From an uncultured PS1 clade bacterium (GTDB lineage: Bacteria; Pseudomonadota; Alphaproteobacteria; MED-G09): a DNA stretch of 64,000 bases. Made by a program: the position numbers and the translations under genes. Shown here one piece after another: positions 39,985-51,154 of this stretch (positions are counted from its first letter, which is position 1; every line of letters starts with the position of its first letter). The stretch spans positions 660 through 64,659 of the forward strand of contig CACANC010000004.1 in assembly GCA_902533755.1 (NCBI GenBank). Direction: 5' to 3'. A model generated the notes under the pieces. The model was not told where the DNA came from. It saw nothing but the letters and a program-made list of their open reading frames with translations, and searched no databases.

Positions 39985-41433
39985 TTGAATAAAAAAATAA
40001 ATAAACCTAGTGAAAAAGACTTTAACAGCCCTTATGAATTCGGTTTTGAAACCGACATTGAAACCGTTTTTGCGCCAAAAGGATTAAATGAAGATGTAGT
40101 AAGGTTTATTTCAGATAAAAAAGAAGAACCTAAGTGGCTGCTTGATTGGAGGTTAGATTCTTATAATAGGTGGCTGAAAATGAAAGAGCCAGATTGGTCA
40201 AGCCTTAGATACCCTAAAATTGATTATCAGGATGCTTATTATTTTTCTGCACCCAAAGAGATTGAAAAACCAAAAAGTCTAGATGAGGTTGATCCAAAGC
40301 TTATAGAAACCTACAACAAATTAGGTATACCACTAAAGGAGCAAGAATGGTTAGCAGGTGTAGCTGTCGATGCAGTTTTTGATAGCGTATCTCTTGGAAC
40401 AACTTTTAAAGAAAAATTGAAAGAGGATGGTGTAATATTTTGTTCTTTTTCTGAAGCTGTTAAAGAACATCCTGAAATAATCAAAAAATATCTAGGAACA
40501 GTAGTCCCTAACTCAGATAATTTTTTTGCAACATTAAATTCTGCTGTTTTTTCAGATGGAAGCTTTGTTTACATTCCACCTGGAGTAACTTGCCCGATGG
40601 AATTATCTACTTACTTTAGGATAAATGCTGCTGGTACAGGTCAATTTGAAAGGACACTTTTAATTGCCGATGAAGATTCTTATGTAAGTTATCTTGAAGG
40701 CTGTACGGCTCCAATGAGAGATGAGCATCAACTTCATGCTGCAGTAGTTGAGTTGGTAGCTTTAAAAGGAGCTGAGATAAAATACTCTACAGTGCAAAAT
40801 TGGTACCCTGGAGATGAAAAGGGTAAGGGCGGTGTATATAATTTTGTTACTAAAAGAGGTGATTGTAGAGGTGATAATTCAAAAATTTCATGGACACAAG
40901 TTGAAACTGGATCAGCAATCACATGGAAATACCCTAGCTGTATATTAAAAGGTGATAATTCCTCAGGAGAATTTCACTCAATTGCAATATCTAATAATTA
41001 TCAGCAGGTTGATAGCGGTACTAAGATGCTTCATTTAGGGAAAAATACGAAAAGTAGAATTATTTCGAAAGGCGTTTCATCTGGATCATCTTCAAACACA
41101 TATAGAGGGCAAGTTAATATCCATCCTAAATCAGAGAATTCAAGAAATTTTACACAATGTGACTCGTTGCTTTTAACTGGGAATTGTTCAGCAACAACAA
41201 TTCCATATGTAGAGTCTAAGAATAAGACTTCAACCATTGAACACGAAGCAACATCATCCAAAATATCTGAAGATCAGCTATTTTATTGTCTCCAAAGAGG
41301 TCTTGATGAAGAAGAGGCTATAGCATTAATTGTTAACGGTTTTTGTAAAGAAGTTTTACAAAAATTACCTATGGAATTTGCAGTTGAAGCTCAAAAACTT
41401 CTCGAGATTAGTCTAGAAGGAAGTGTAGGATGA
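39985..41433 (+). CDS. sufB: Fe-S cluster assembly scaffold SufB
   Basis: 482 aa, TTG start with no earlier ATG. Conserved SufB core ([50 protein letters not shown]). Confidence 0.95.
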   Translation: MNKKINKPSEKDFNSPYEFGFETDIETVFAPKGLNEDVVRFISDKKEEPKWLLDWRLDSYNRWLKMKEPDWSSLRYPKIDYQDAYYFSAPKEIEKPKSLDEVDPKLIETYNKLGIPLKEQEWLAGVAVDAVFDSVSLGTTFKEKLKEDGVIFCSFSEAVKEHPEIIKKYLGTVVPNSDNFFATLNSAVFSDGSFVYIPPGVTCPMELSTYFRINAAGTGQFERTLLIADEDSYVSYLEGCTAPMRDEHQLHAAVVELVALKGAEIKYSTVQNWYPGDEKGKGGVYNFVTKRGDCRGDNSKISWTQVETGSAITWKYPSCILKGDNSSGEFHSIAISNNYQQVDSGTKMLHLGKNTKSRIISKGVSSGSSSNTYRGQVNIHPKSENSRNFTQCDSLLLTGNCSATTIPYVESKNKTSTIEHEATSSKISEDQLFYCLQRGLDEEEAIALIVNGFCKEVLQKLPMEFAVEAQKLLEISLEGSVG

Positions 41434-42179
41434 GTGGAAACTTACTTGAAATAAATGATCTCCACGTAAATGCAGGAGACAAGGAGATTTTAAAAGGATT
41501 AAATTTATCTATTCCATTCAATGAAATACATGCAATTATGGGACCTAATGGATCAGGAAAGTCTGTCCTTTCAAATGTTTTGTCTGGAAATGAAGATTAT
41601 AAAGTTACTTCAGGACAAATTATTTTTAAAAATAAAAACATTACAGAATTAAAGCCAAATGAGATATCTAATCTAGGATTATTTATGGCTTTTCAGTATC
41701 CGTTAGAAATTCCAGGTGTAACTATAATGAACTTTTTAAAAACAATTCATGAGGCAAATAGAAGAGCTAATGGTTTAGAGGTATTAGGTCCATCTGACTT
41801 CCTAAAATATGTTAGAGAAAAAGCTGAGATACTTGGAATTAATGATGAAGTATTAAAGAGACAGTTAAATGTAGGATTTTCTGGAGGAGAAAAAAAGAGG
41901 AATGAAACTCTTCAGCTTTTAGTATTAAATCCGGTTTTAACAATTTTAGATGAAACTGACTCTGGCCTAGATGTTGATGCATTAGATATTGTTTCTGATG
42001 GAATTGTAGGAATGAAAAATGAAGAAAATTCATTCTTAGTTATCACTCATTATAGAAAATTACTTGATAAACTAAGTCCTTCAAAAGTTCATATATTAGT
42101 TGATGGCAGAATAGTTGAGTCGGGAGGACCGGATTTAGCAGATAAGATTGAAAACAAAGGGTTTGAGAGTTTTAATTAA
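41430..42179 (+). CDS. sufC: Fe-S cluster assembly ATPase SufC
   Basis: Walker A GPNGSGKS, signature FSGGEKKR, Walker [15 protein letters not shown] overlap with sufB. Confidence 0.96.
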   Translation: MSGNLLEINDLHVNAGDKEILKGLNLSIPFNEIHAIMGPNGSGKSVLSNVLSGNEDYKVTSGQIIFKNKNITELKPNEISNLGLFMAFQYPLEIPGVTIMNFLKTIHEANRRANGLEVLGPSDFLKYVREKAEILGINDEVLKRQLNVGFSGGEKKRNETLQLLVLNPVLTILDETDSGLDVDALDIVSDGIVGMKNEENSFLVITHYRKLLDKLSPSKVHILVDGRIVESGGPDLADKIENKGFESFN

Positions 42180-42181
42180 AA

Positions 42182-43312
42182 ATGTCATCTGTTGAATTTC
42201 ATAAATTTAGAGAGAATATAAAAAATATTAATGATTACACTGATCAGAAAGAAAAAATATTTGATAATTTTATTGATCAGGGTTTGCCTAATAAAAGAAA
42301 TGAAAGTTGGAAATATTTCGATTTAGTCTCTAAATCAAAAAAATATATCAAAAATGATATTTCAAATTCAGAAATAATTGTTGAAGATTTAGAAGAAAAA
42401 AATATTTTTTATGATTATGCGGATAATAATTTATCCATCGAAGATTATTTTAAGCCATGTAATTTCTTTAAAAGTGAGTCTGTTGTGGATTTAAATGTTG
42501 CATGCGGAAATCAAATTAAGATTTTAGATATTAAGCATACTCAGAATGAGCCAATTACAATTAAAATTGACTATAATGGGAAAAATATTTCTTTACCTAG
42601 ATTGATTATTAATATTGCAGATAATGTAAAAGCAAAAATCAATTATGTTAACTCAACTACAAATGGATTTTTAAATTTATTAGTAGAATATAATATTGGA
42701 AATAAATCAGAACTCGAGATATCACGTATTAATTCTTCACAAGGACTATTGGTAGAAACAAATCTAGTTTTTCTTTTAAATCATTCAAATTTTAATATGA
42801 AGAATTTATCTATGCCTATTGAATCTTCAAGACTTCAATTATTTTCTAATCATATTGGTGAAAAATCTATTTGTTCATCAAAAACGATTTCAATACCATC
42901 AGAAAATTCAAATGATGACATTCTTGTAGATAATATTTTTAGTAAATCTAATTGTGAAAGTGTATCAGGTGTAAGAGCAATACTTGATAAAGACTCAGTT
43001 TGTTCTTTTCAATCTATGATTGATATCCATAACTCTGTATTAGGATCCAAGGCTGAACAAGATTGTAAAGGATTTCTTCTGTCCGATAAGGCTGTAATGA
43101 ATGCAAAGCCTCAAATGAAAATTTTTAATGATGATGTCATTTGTAAACATGGCGCTACCATAGGCAGTCTTAATGAAGAGGAAATTTTTTATCTTTGTGC
43201 AAGAGGACTTGAAAGAAAAAATGCAATTAATTTAATTTTAGATGGTCATATCAGTTCTTATATAGGAGAAAAAGGTTTTTTGAGAGAATTTTTACCTGAG
43301 GAATATAAATGA
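42182..43312 (+). CDS. sufD: Fe-S cluster assembly protein SufD
   Basis: 376 aa. C-terminal SufB/D beta-helix region (KHGATIGSLNEEEIFYLCARG). Position between sufC and sufS. Confidence 0.88.
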   Translation: MSSVEFHKFRENIKNINDYTDQKEKIFDNFIDQGLPNKRNESWKYFDLVSKSKKYIKNDISNSEIIVEDLEEKNIFYDYADNNLSIEDYFKPCNFFKSESVVDLNVACGNQIKILDIKHTQNEPITIKIDYNGKNISLPRLIINIADNVKAKINYVNSTTNGFLNLLVEYNIGNKSELEISRINSSQGLLVETNLVFLLNHSNFNMKNLSMPIESSRLQLFSNHIGEKSICSSKTISIPSENSNDDILVDNIFSKSNCESVSGVRAILDKDSVCSFQSMIDIHNSVLGSKAEQDCKGFLLSDKAVMNAKPQMKIFNDDVICKHGATIGSLNEEEIFYLCARGLERKNAINLILDGHISSYIGEKGFLREFLPEEYK

Positions 43313-44529
43313 CTTTTGATGTAGAAAAAACGAGAAAAGATTTTCCAATTCTTTCAAGAGAGATACAAGGGAATAATTTAACCTACCTTGATAACGCTGC
43401 TAGTTCTCAAAAACCTATAGATGTCCTTGAGGGCATTAAGCAATTTGAGAGTAATGATTATTCCAATGTGCATAGGGGTTTACATACATTGTCTGTGCTA
43501 TCTACCTCTGCATATGAAGAATCAAGAAAGATTGTTCAAAAATTTTTAAATGCAAAATCTTTAGAGGAGATTATTTTTACTTCAGGAGGGACTGATAGTG
43601 TAAACCTTGTAGCTAGTTCTTATGCAGATGAGCATTTATCTAAAGGTGATGAAATAATTATTACTACAATGGAGCACCATGCAAATATTGTTCCTTGGCA
43701 TTTTTTAAGAGAGAGAAAAGGAGTTCAAATCAAATGGATTGATTGCGATCAAAATGGAAAGTTTGATATTAATCAATTTGAAAAAGCAATAACCTCTAAA
43801 ACTAAACTTATAGCTGTAACTCAAATGTCTAATGTTCTTGGTGCTTCACCTGATATTAAAAATATAATTGATTTATCTCACTCGCAAGGAATTCCAGTTT
43901 TAATTGACGGATGCCAAGGTGTTGTTCATGAAAAAATTGATGTTCAAGACTTAGATTGTGATTTTTATTTATTTTCCGGTCATAAACTTTATGGTCCAAA
44001 TGGAATTGGTATTCTTTACGCCAAAAGTCAATATCTAGATATAATGCGTCCATGGAGGGGCGGAGGAGATATGATTAAATATGTCCAAAAAGAAAATATT
44101 ACATATAGCGATGCTCCAAATAAATTTGAGGCTGGTACACCCAATATTACAGGTGCAGTCGGTTTGGGAATGGCAATAAATTATTTTGAGAAGAAAATAA
44201 AAGAAGGCTTGTTTGATCATGAACTTAAGGTATCTAATTACTTACATAATCAAATTAAAACAGTTAAAGATATCGTTATTTATGGTGAAGAAAATATTTA
44301 TAGTCCTATTGTTACATTTAATGTAGAAGGTCAACATCCTCATGATATTTCAACAATAATTGATAATTATGGTGTAGCAATAAGAGCAGGACAACATTGC
44401 TGTGGCCCTTTAATGGATTTATTAGGAATTAATGCATCTGCTAGAGCTTCAATAGCAATGTATACAAATCAGCAAGATATTGATAATTTTATTGAAGCGT
44501 TAGAAAGGTCAATAGCTTTATTTAAGTAG
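43309..44529 (+). CDS. sufS: Cysteine desulfurase SufS
   Basis: YLDNAASSQKP, PLP-Lys motif FSGHKLYGP, catalytic Cys loop RAGQHCCGP. Confidence 0.95.
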   Translation: MTFDVEKTRKDFPILSREIQGNNLTYLDNAASSQKPIDVLEGIKQFESNDYSNVHRGLHTLSVLSTSAYEESRKIVQKFLNAKSLEEIIFTSGGTDSVNLVASSYADEHLSKGDEIIITTMEHHANIVPWHFLRERKGVQIKWIDCDQNGKFDINQFEKAITSKTKLIAVTQMSNVLGASPDIKNIIDLSHSQGIPVLIDGCQGVVHEKIDVQDLDCDFYLFSGHKLYGPNGIGILYAKSQYLDIMRPWRGGGDMIKYVQKENITYSDAPNKFEAGTPNITGAVGLGMAINYFEKKIKEGLFDHELKVSNYLHNQIKTVKDIVIYGEENIYSPIVTFNVEGQHPHDISTIIDNYGVAIRAGQHCCGPLMDLLGINASARASIAMYTNQQDIDNFIEALERSIALFK

Positions 44530-44530
44530 T

Positions 44531-44854
44531 ATGGTTTTAAAAATGACGGAAAAAATAGAACATAATAAGTTGATTGAGGCATTGAAAACAGTTTATGATC
44601 CAGAAATACCTGTTGATATTTATGAGTTAGGGCTTATTTATGGGATTAACGAAGAAATTAATAACAATATAAAGGTAACAATGACTTTAACAGCTCCAGG
44701 GTGTCCGGTTGCAGAAGAAATGCCTAAATGGGTCGAAGATGCCATTAAAAAGGTAGATGGAGTAAACGATGTTATAGTTGAAATGGTTTTCGATCCTCCG
44801 TGGGATATGAGTTTAATGTCAGATGAGGCTAGATTAACATTGAATATGTTTTAA
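44531..44854 (+). CDS. sufT: SUF-system DUF59/MIP18-family Fe-S assembly protein (SufT-like)
   Basis: VYDPEIPVDIYELGLIY and TLTAPGCP motifs. The start may be ATG 44543. Confidence 0.85.
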   Translation: MVLKMTEKIEHNKLIEALKTVYDPEIPVDIYELGLIYGINEEINNNIKVTMTLTAPGCPVAEEMPKWVEDAIKKVDGVNDVIVEMVFDPPWDMSLMSDEARLTLNMF

Positions 44855-44864
44855 TGGTTTAATT

Positions 44865-45245
44865 ATGAGTAAAATTAACACAAAAATTATGTCAGCAACC
44901 CCAGAGGCAGTTAAGAGGTTAGAGCATTTAATTAATGAATCTGAAAAAGATATAAAGGCTATTAAAATTGGTGTTGAAAATGGCGGTTGTGCTGGAATGG
45001 CCTATACTATGGATTATGTTGAAGATCTTGATGTTGGTGGAGAAATTGTAAAGCTTAACAACATTAATGTTATAGTTGATAACTCTGCTCTTCTATTTTT
45101 ATTGGGGACTGAACTTGATTATGAAGAAACGAAACTGAATTCAGGCTTCATATTTAATAACCCTAACCAAACTGATGAATGTGGATGTGGTGAGTCAGTA
45201 ACTCTAGAGCAAGCTGAAATTCCAGTTGAGTTTATTAAAAATTAA
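44865..45245 (+). CDS. sufA: A-type Fe-S cluster carrier (HesB/IscA/SufA family)
   Basis: GGCAGMAY and C-terminal CGCGES motifs. Confidence 0.9.
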   Translation: MSKINTKIMSATPEAVKRLEHLINESEKDIKAIKIGVENGGCAGMAYTMDYVEDLDVGGEIVKLNNINVIVDNSALLFLLGTELDYEETKLNSGFIFNNPNQTDECGCGESVTLEQAEIPVEFIKN

Positions 45246-45246
45246 A

Positions 45247-46038
45247 CTAATTACCTTTAAATTCAGCGTCTCTTTTATCAAGAAAAGCTCTAACACCCTC
45301 TTTAAAGTCTTCCGAATTTCCAGCCTCGAATTGAAGTTCTCTCTCTAAATTAAGTTGTTCCTCATAAGTATTATCTGAGCTTTCCCAGAAGGCTTTTCTT
45401 ATAAGTCTTAATGACATAGGACCATTTGCTAATTCTTTACAAATTTCCATAGAATTATTTATTAATTCATCATCTTCAGTTAATCTGTTAATCAATCCCC
45501 AATCATAGGCTTTTTCAGCTGGCAATCTCTCACCTAGAATTGAAAGTTCTTTCGCCCTTGCATTACCTATTAATCTTGGAAGAAGCCATGTTGATCCGCC
45601 ATCAGGAACAAGACCTATTCTTCTAAAGGCTTGAAGAAAAAAAGCAGATTTTGAAGCTAAGACAATATCACCCATTAATGCAAAAGACATTCCTATTCCT
45701 GCAGCTGCACCATTAACTGCAGTTACAATAGGAATATTCATATTTTTTAATCTTCTTAATATCGGATGATACATTGTCTCAAGAGCATGACCAGCGTCTT
45801 GTCTACCAGAGTTGGATTTTTCTGAGCCAGTAGATAAATTTGCACCAGCGCAGAAACCTTTTCCTTCACCCGTAATTAAAAGGCATTTTATTTTTGAATC
45901 TTTTTTTTCAATTTCATTAAGACATTCCCAAATACCTTCCAACATTTCCGATGAGACTGCATTTCTAACAGTGGGATCATTAAATCGCATAATTCCAATA
46001 TTGTCGGAAACTTCCAAACTTATCTTATTAAAATCCAT
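45247..46038 (-). CDS. Enoyl-CoA hydratase/isomerase (crotonase) family protein
   Basis: GEGKGFCAGANL oxyanion-hole region and AVNGAAAGIGMSFAL. I prefer ATG 46038 (MDFNKISLE...), which avoids overlap with parE. The ORF-track start is 46107. Confidence 0.85.
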   Translation of the reverse strand: MDFNKISLEVSDNIGIMRFNDPTVRNAVSSEMLEGIWECLNEIEKKDSKIKCLLITGEGKGFCAGANLSTGSEKSNSGRQDAGHALETMYHPILRRLKNMNIPIVTAVNGAAAGIGMSFALMGDIVLASKSAFFLQAFRRIGLVPDGGSTWLLPRLIGNARAKELSILGERLPAEKAYDWGLINRLTEDDELINNSMEICKELANGPMSLRLIRKAFWESSDNTYEEQLNLERELQFEAGNSEDFKEGVRAFLDKRDAEFKGN

Positions 46039-46057
46039 GAATAACTCCTTAAGAAAA

Positions 46058-47998
46058 TTAATTTCTAATATTATCGTATAGATTAGCCTTTTCTCTAATG
46101 AATTCAAACCTTAATTCAGGCTTATTGCCCATTAAATTAGTTACAACTGTTTTTGATACTTTTTTTCTATCTTCGGGATTAACTATTCTTAATAATGTTC
46201 TGTTACCAGGTAACATAGTCGTTTCTTTTAGTTGAGCAGGCATCATTTCACCTAAACCCTTAAATCTATTTATTTCAATTTTTTTTGTTTCATCGAGATG
46301 CTTTTTAATCATTTCATCTCTATCATGATCATCTTTGGCATAAAAAACTTTTTTTCCTTGTGAAATCTTGTAAAGCGGAGGTAAAGCCAAGAATAACTTT
46401 CCTTGATCGATTATTTCAGGGATTTCTTCATGAAAGAAAGTGATTAATAATGATGCAATATGTGCACCATCCACATCAGCATCGGTCATTATAATTATTT
46501 TTTCATATCTTAAGCCGTTTTCATTATAAAGATCTCCAGATCCACAACCCAGTGCTTGTATAAGATCAGATATTTGTTGATTATCTCTTATTTTGGATTT
46601 AGTAGAATTAGCTACATTTAGAACTTTCCCTCTAAGTGGTAGAATAGCTTGAAACCTTCTATCTCTTGCTTGTTTTGCAGATCCTCCGGCACTATCACCT
46701 TCTACGATAAATAATTCAGTACCTTCGCTATTTCCTTGAGAACAATCAGCTAGTTTGCCAGGAAGTCTTAATTTCCTAATTGCACTTTTCCTAGAGGTTT
46801 CTTTATCTTGTTTTTTCTTTAATCTTTCTTCAGTTATTGAATATAAATATTTTAATAATGACTCAGTTTGCTGAGGTGAGTTAGACAAAAGAGTTTCAAA
46901 TCTATCCTTTATTGCATTTTCGATAACCTTTTGGATTGATTTATTTGAAAGTTTGTCTTTTGTTTGTCCTTGAAATTTAGGATCGGGAAGAAAAACTGAT
47001 ATCGCACCTATAAGATTTTTACTTAAATCATCAGAATTAATTTTTTGCGCAACTTTATCTCCTGTTCTTTCTCCATGTGATTTTATTGCCTTTAAGAGTC
47101 CACCTTTTAATCCAAGCTCATGAGTCCCTCCCTGAGGTGTTGGGACGGTATTGCAGTAAGAATTTAAGAATGTATTATTGCCTAAAGACCAATTAATTGC
47201 CCATTCGAAAGATAGATTATTTTTGTCTCTTTCCCTATTTCCTGAAAAGATCTCAGTTAGTAAGGACATCTTTTCATCAACTTCATTTTCTACTAAATCA
47301 ATAAGGCCATTCGAAAATTTAAATACATCATTTTCAGGAATATTTTCTTTTTTTGAGATTTCACCTTCACAGAACCATCTAATCTCAACGCCAGCAAAAA
47401 GATAAGCTTTAGATTTACTAAAATCATATAATTTTTTGCAATTAAAATAATTATCTATTCCAAATATTTCAGGATCAGGCTTAAAACTAACTTTTGTTCC
47501 TTTTCTATTAGTTTTCTTTTTTAGCTCCTTTAGTTTTGAAGTAGGGTGTCCCTTTGAAAATTTCTGATTATATATTTTTTTGTCTCTATAAATTTCAACA
47601 TCTACAAATTCTGAAAGCGCATTAACTACGCTGATACCTACGCCATGTAGACCACCAGATGTTTGATAAACTTTATTACTAAATTTACCACCCGCATGTA
47701 GAGTTGTCATTATTACCTCTAAAGCAGATTTATCTGGAAAGCTAGGGTGTGGATCAATAGGTATACCTCTTCCATTATCATAAACAGTTATAATATTATC
47801 TTTTTCAACCTTTACTTCTATAAATGATGCAAAATTTGCAACTGCTTCATCCATAGCATTATCAATAACTTCTGAAAATAAGTGATGCATTGAAGAGTTA
47901 TCTGTTCCTCCAATATACATTCCAGGCCTTCTCCTAACTGGTTCTAGGCCTTCAAGAACTTCTATTGAAGAAGCATCATATTTCTTTGTTTTATTCAT
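46058..47998 (-). CDS. parE: Type IIA topoisomerase ATPase subunit, topoisomerase IV ParE by length
   Basis: 646 aa. GHKL ATPase N-terminus (LEGLEPVRRRPGMYIGG, DNGRGIP, GLHGVG) and Toprim EGDSAGGSAKQARDR. Too short for a typical GyrB. Confidence 0.78.
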   Translation of the reverse strand: MNKTKKYDASSIEVLEGLEPVRRRPGMYIGGTDNSSMHHLFSEVIDNAMDEAVANFASFIEVKVEKDNIITVYDNGRGIPIDPHPSFPDKSALEVIMTTLHAGGKFSNKVYQTSGGLHGVGISVVNALSEFVDVEIYRDKKIYNQKFSKGHPTSKLKELKKKTNRKGTKVSFKPDPEIFGIDNYFNCKKLYDFSKSKAYLFAGVEIRWFCEGEISKKENIPENDVFKFSNGLIDLVENEVDEKMSLLTEIFSGNRERDKNNLSFEWAINWSLGNNTFLNSYCNTVPTPQGGTHELGLKGGLLKAIKSHGERTGDKVAQKINSDDLSKNLIGAISVFLPDPKFQGQTKDKLSNKSIQKVIENAIKDRFETLLSNSPQQTESLLKYLYSITEERLKKKQDKETSRKSAIRKLRLPGKLADCSQGNSEGTELFIVEGDSAGGSAKQARDRRFQAILPLRGKVLNVANSTKSKIRDNQQISDLIQALGCGSGDLYNENGLRYEKIIIMTDADVDGAHIASLLITFFHEEIPEIIDQGKLFLALPPLYKISQGKKVFYAKDDHDRDEMIKKHLDETKKIEINRFKGLGEMMPAQLKETTMLPGNRTLLRIVNPEDRKKVSKTVVTNLMGNKPELRFEFIREKANLYDNIRN

Positions 47999-48039
47999 TA
48001 TGAATTAAACATTTATATAAAGATTGATTCGAGGAAAAG

Positions 48040-48070
48040 AAAAAGCCCAACTCGTAAGTTGGGCTTTTTT
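48040..48070 (-). terminator. Rho-independent terminator downstream of glnII
   Basis: AGCCCAAC (48044..48051), a 6-nt loop, then GTTGGGCT (48058..48065), flanked by an A-run and a T-run. On the minus strand the stem is followed by TTTTTCTTTT. Confidence 0.8.
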
Positions 48071-48087
48071 GTCATATGTTTTTAGCT

Positions 48088-49062
48088 TTAGCTTGTTAAA
48101 GTGCCAACAATATGTGAAATGATTTTATAAGGATCAGCATTTGATGCAGGCCTTCTATCCTCAAGATATCCATTCCAATTATGTTCTACAGTGTAAATAG
48201 GAATACGAATACTTGCACCTCTATCACTAACACCGTAAGAAAATTCAGTAATTTTCTGTGTTTCATGAAGGCCAGTTAGTCTTTTATCGTTATCTGATCC
48301 GTAAGAAGCTATGCCTTGATCATGAACTTCACCTAGCTTTTCACAAAAACCTGTAAAAAGTTCTTCAGAACCATTTGATCTCATTACTTCATTTGAAAAA
48401 TTAGTATGCATGCCTGAGCCGTTCCAGTCTCCTGCTTGAGGTTTAGGATGGAAGTTTACACACACATCAAATTCTTCACCGACTTTCTGAAGAAGATATC
48501 TACTCATCCATAGATCGTCACCAGCTTTAATTCCTTTGCCTAAGCATTGATATTCCCATTGACCTAAGGCAACTTCAGCATTCGTTCCAGTCAGTTCAAT
48601 ACCAGCTTCTAGGCATGCTTCTAAATGAGCTTCAGATACATCTCTGCCCTTAACATTTCCTGCTCCAACACCACAATAATATTCACCTTGAGCTCTTTCA
48701 GGGATTCCTTCTTCCCAACCTAAAATTGAACCATCTGGATTTGTAAGAAAATATTCCTGTTCAAAACCAAACCACCATTCATCAGTAACGATTTCAGAGG
48801 CGGAATGTCTCATATTTGTTGAATGTGCTTCTCTAGCGCTTGTTTGAACTCCACACATCACTAGAGAATCTCCAAATAATGGATTTTTATATTCTTGAAC
48901 TGGTATAAGAATACAATCTGAACCTTCAGTGTCGGCTTGTTGGGTTGATGAGCCATCAAACGACCATTCAGGTGGTGTTCTATCAGTAGTTACTTTTACT
49001 TTACTTCTTAAGTAAGGCTCAGGTTGGTATCCATCCAACCATACATATTCATATTTTTTCAT
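48088..49062 (-). CDS. glnII: Glutamine synthetase type II (eukaryote-like GSII)
   Basis: 324 aa. WFGFEQEYFL, GTNAEVALGQWEYQ, KRLTGLHETQKITEFSYGVSDRGASIRIP and DRRPASNADPY are GSII-type motifs, not the ~470 aa GSI type. Confidence 0.9.
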   Translation of the reverse strand: MKKYEYVWLDGYQPEPYLRSKVKVTTDRTPPEWSFDGSSTQQADTEGSDCILIPVQEYKNPLFGDSLVMCGVQTSAREAHSTNMRHSASEIVTDEWWFGFEQEYFLTNPDGSILGWEEGIPERAQGEYYCGVGAGNVKGRDVSEAHLEACLEAGIELTGTNAEVALGQWEYQCLGKGIKAGDDLWMSRYLLQKVGEEFDVCVNFHPKPQAGDWNGSGMHTNFSNEVMRSNGSEELFTGFCEKLGEVHDQGIASYGSDNDKRLTGLHETQKITEFSYGVSDRGASIRIPIYTVEHNWNGYLEDRRPASNADPYKIISHIVGTLTS

Positions 49063-49092
49063 GCTGTTCTCCGTTATTAAAAAAAATTAAAA

Positions 49093-49452
<360 letters not shown>

Positions 49453-49461
49453 CTATACATA

Positions 49462-49478
49462 AGCAAAATTTATGCCAA
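49462..49478 (-). promoter_or_regulatory. Sigma-54 (RpoN) type -24/-12 promoter element upstream of glnB-glnII
   Basis: Minus strand reads TTGGCAT-AAATT-TTGCTT, that is TGGCAT-N5-TTGCT, against the consensus TGGCAC-N5-TTGCW with exact GG-N10-GC spacing. Located ~30 nt upstream of the glnB ATG. Confidence 0.55.
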
Positions 49479-49619
49479 ACTAATAGTTGCCTGGGTTGAT
49501 TCCGTCATATGTAATATGTGTAAGTCAATAGTGTGTAACTATTTAATTAAAATTTAATAGGAAAAATATGTTTGTTTGTTATGATTTAATTTATTTTATA
49601 AAAGTACAAAGGAGACTTT

Positions 49620-51152
49620 ATGTCTATTAAAGATAATACACCTGTATTAGTTGGTTGTGGGCAAATAACTCAAAAAATTGATAATCCAAAAGATGCTAAA
49701 AATCCAATTGAATTAATGAGAGATTCCTCTTTAAAAGCATTTGAAGATAGCACTATAGAATCTTTAGAGGATAAAATTGATACAGTTACAACTGTAAGAT
49801 TTATTTTTGATTCAGGTGGAGGTAGAAGGCCTCCTTTTAGTATTTATTCTAATCCCCCGCAGTCCCTTGCTAATAGTTTAGGTGTTAATGACGCAAAAAC
49901 ATTTAATGGACCCTCTGGAGGGAATACACCGCAATATCTAATAAATATTTTAGCTGAAATGATAACTAAGGGTGAAACGGAGGTAGCGCTTCTGTCAGGA
50001 GCTGAATGTTTTTCTTCTATGAGAAAAGCTTCAAAATTAGGAATTAAAACAGGCTGGGGAGAGGATGCAGGCGGAGAAAGAATTGATCTAGGGTTTGAAA
50101 AACCTGGTGGAACAGAAAATGAGATGAAACACGGAATTATTTTCCCTATTAATGTTTACCCGCTTTTTGAAAATGCTATACGAGGAAATAAAAATCACTC
50201 GATTGAAAAACATTTAGATTACTTAGGGGAAATGTTTGAGCCTTTTACAAAAGTTGCAAGCCAAAACTCAAATTCTTGGTTTCCAACTTATAGAAGTGCT
50301 AAGGAAATATCTACGCCTAATGAGGGTAATAGGTTTGTTGGGTTTCCTTATACAAAATACATGAATGCAATAATGGAAGTTGATCAAAGCGCTTCTTTAA
50401 TAATTGTGAGTGAAAAAAAAGCAAATGAGTATTCTGTCCCAAAATCAAAAAGAATTTATCTTCATGGTTGTGCAGATATTAATGAAGTTTGGAATGTTAC
50501 TGAAAGGCCTGATCTTCATAAATCTAAGGCTATAAGGCTTATGGGTGAAAAAGCATTATCCATGGCAAAATGGAATATTGATGAAATAGATTTTTTTGAT
50601 TTATATTCATGTTTTCCAAGTATGGTTGAATTGGGAAGAGAAGCATTAGATATTCCTGAAACTATATCCAAGCCTTTAACTGTTACTGGCGGATTACCTT
50701 TTTTTGGTGGAGCAGGAAATAATTATGTCAGTCACTCTATAGCTACAATGATGGAGAAATTAAGAGAAAATAATAATAGCAAAGGACTTTGCACATCAAA
50801 TGGATGGTATGCAACAAAACATGGAATAGGGCTTTATTCAAATATTCCTTATGAAGGGAATTGGAAAAGAGAAGAACCAAAAAACTATCAAAAAATAATT
50901 GATGATTTAGATAGACCGGATGTTGATGAAGATCCAAGCGGTAATGCAACAATAGAAACATATACTGTTGCAAATGGTAGAGACGGTCCACAAATGGGAA
51001 TAGTAATCGGACGAATAGATGTAAATAATAAGAGATTTATCGCTATTTCAAATGATGAAAAAACTCTTGAAATTATGATGACAGAAGAATGTTTAAATAG
51101 AGATTGCATTGTTTCAAGAAATTCTGAAGGTCTTAACATTTTTTCAATATAG
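49620..51152 (+). CDS. Thiolase-like protein (SCP2-thiolase-like fold) with extra C-terminal domain. Canonical catalytic motifs appear absent.
   Basis: 510 aa with a strong AAGGAG SD. Thiolase-like landmarks are SGGNTPQYLINILAEMITKGETEVALLSGAE (where CxS is expected), DLYSCFP (at the HDCF/NEAF position) and TGGLPFFGGAGNNY (where GHP is expected). A ~100 aa C-terminal extension follows. Confidence 0.6.
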   Translation: MSIKDNTPVLVGCGQITQKIDNPKDAKNPIELMRDSSLKAFEDSTIESLEDKIDTVTTVRFIFDSGGGRRPPFSIYSNPPQSLANSLGVNDAKTFNGPSGGNTPQYLINILAEMITKGETEVALLSGAECFSSMRKASKLGIKTGWGEDAGGERIDLGFEKPGGTENEMKHGIIFPINVYPLFENAIRGNKNHSIEKHLDYLGEMFEPFTKVASQNSNSWFPTYRSAKEISTPNEGNRFVGFPYTKYMNAIMEVDQSASLIIVSEKKANEYSVPKSKRIYLHGCADINEVWNVTERPDLHKSKAIRLMGEKALSMAKWNIDEIDFFDLYSCFPSMVELGREALDIPETISKPLTVTGGLPFFGGAGNNYVSHSIATMMEKLRENNNSKGLCTSNGWYATKHGIGLYSNIPYEGNWKREEPKNYQKIIDDLDRPDVDEDPSGNATIETYTVANGRDGPQMGIVIGRIDVNNKRFIAISNDEKTLEIMMTEECLNRDCIVSRNSEGLNIFSI

Positions 51153-51154
51153 AA

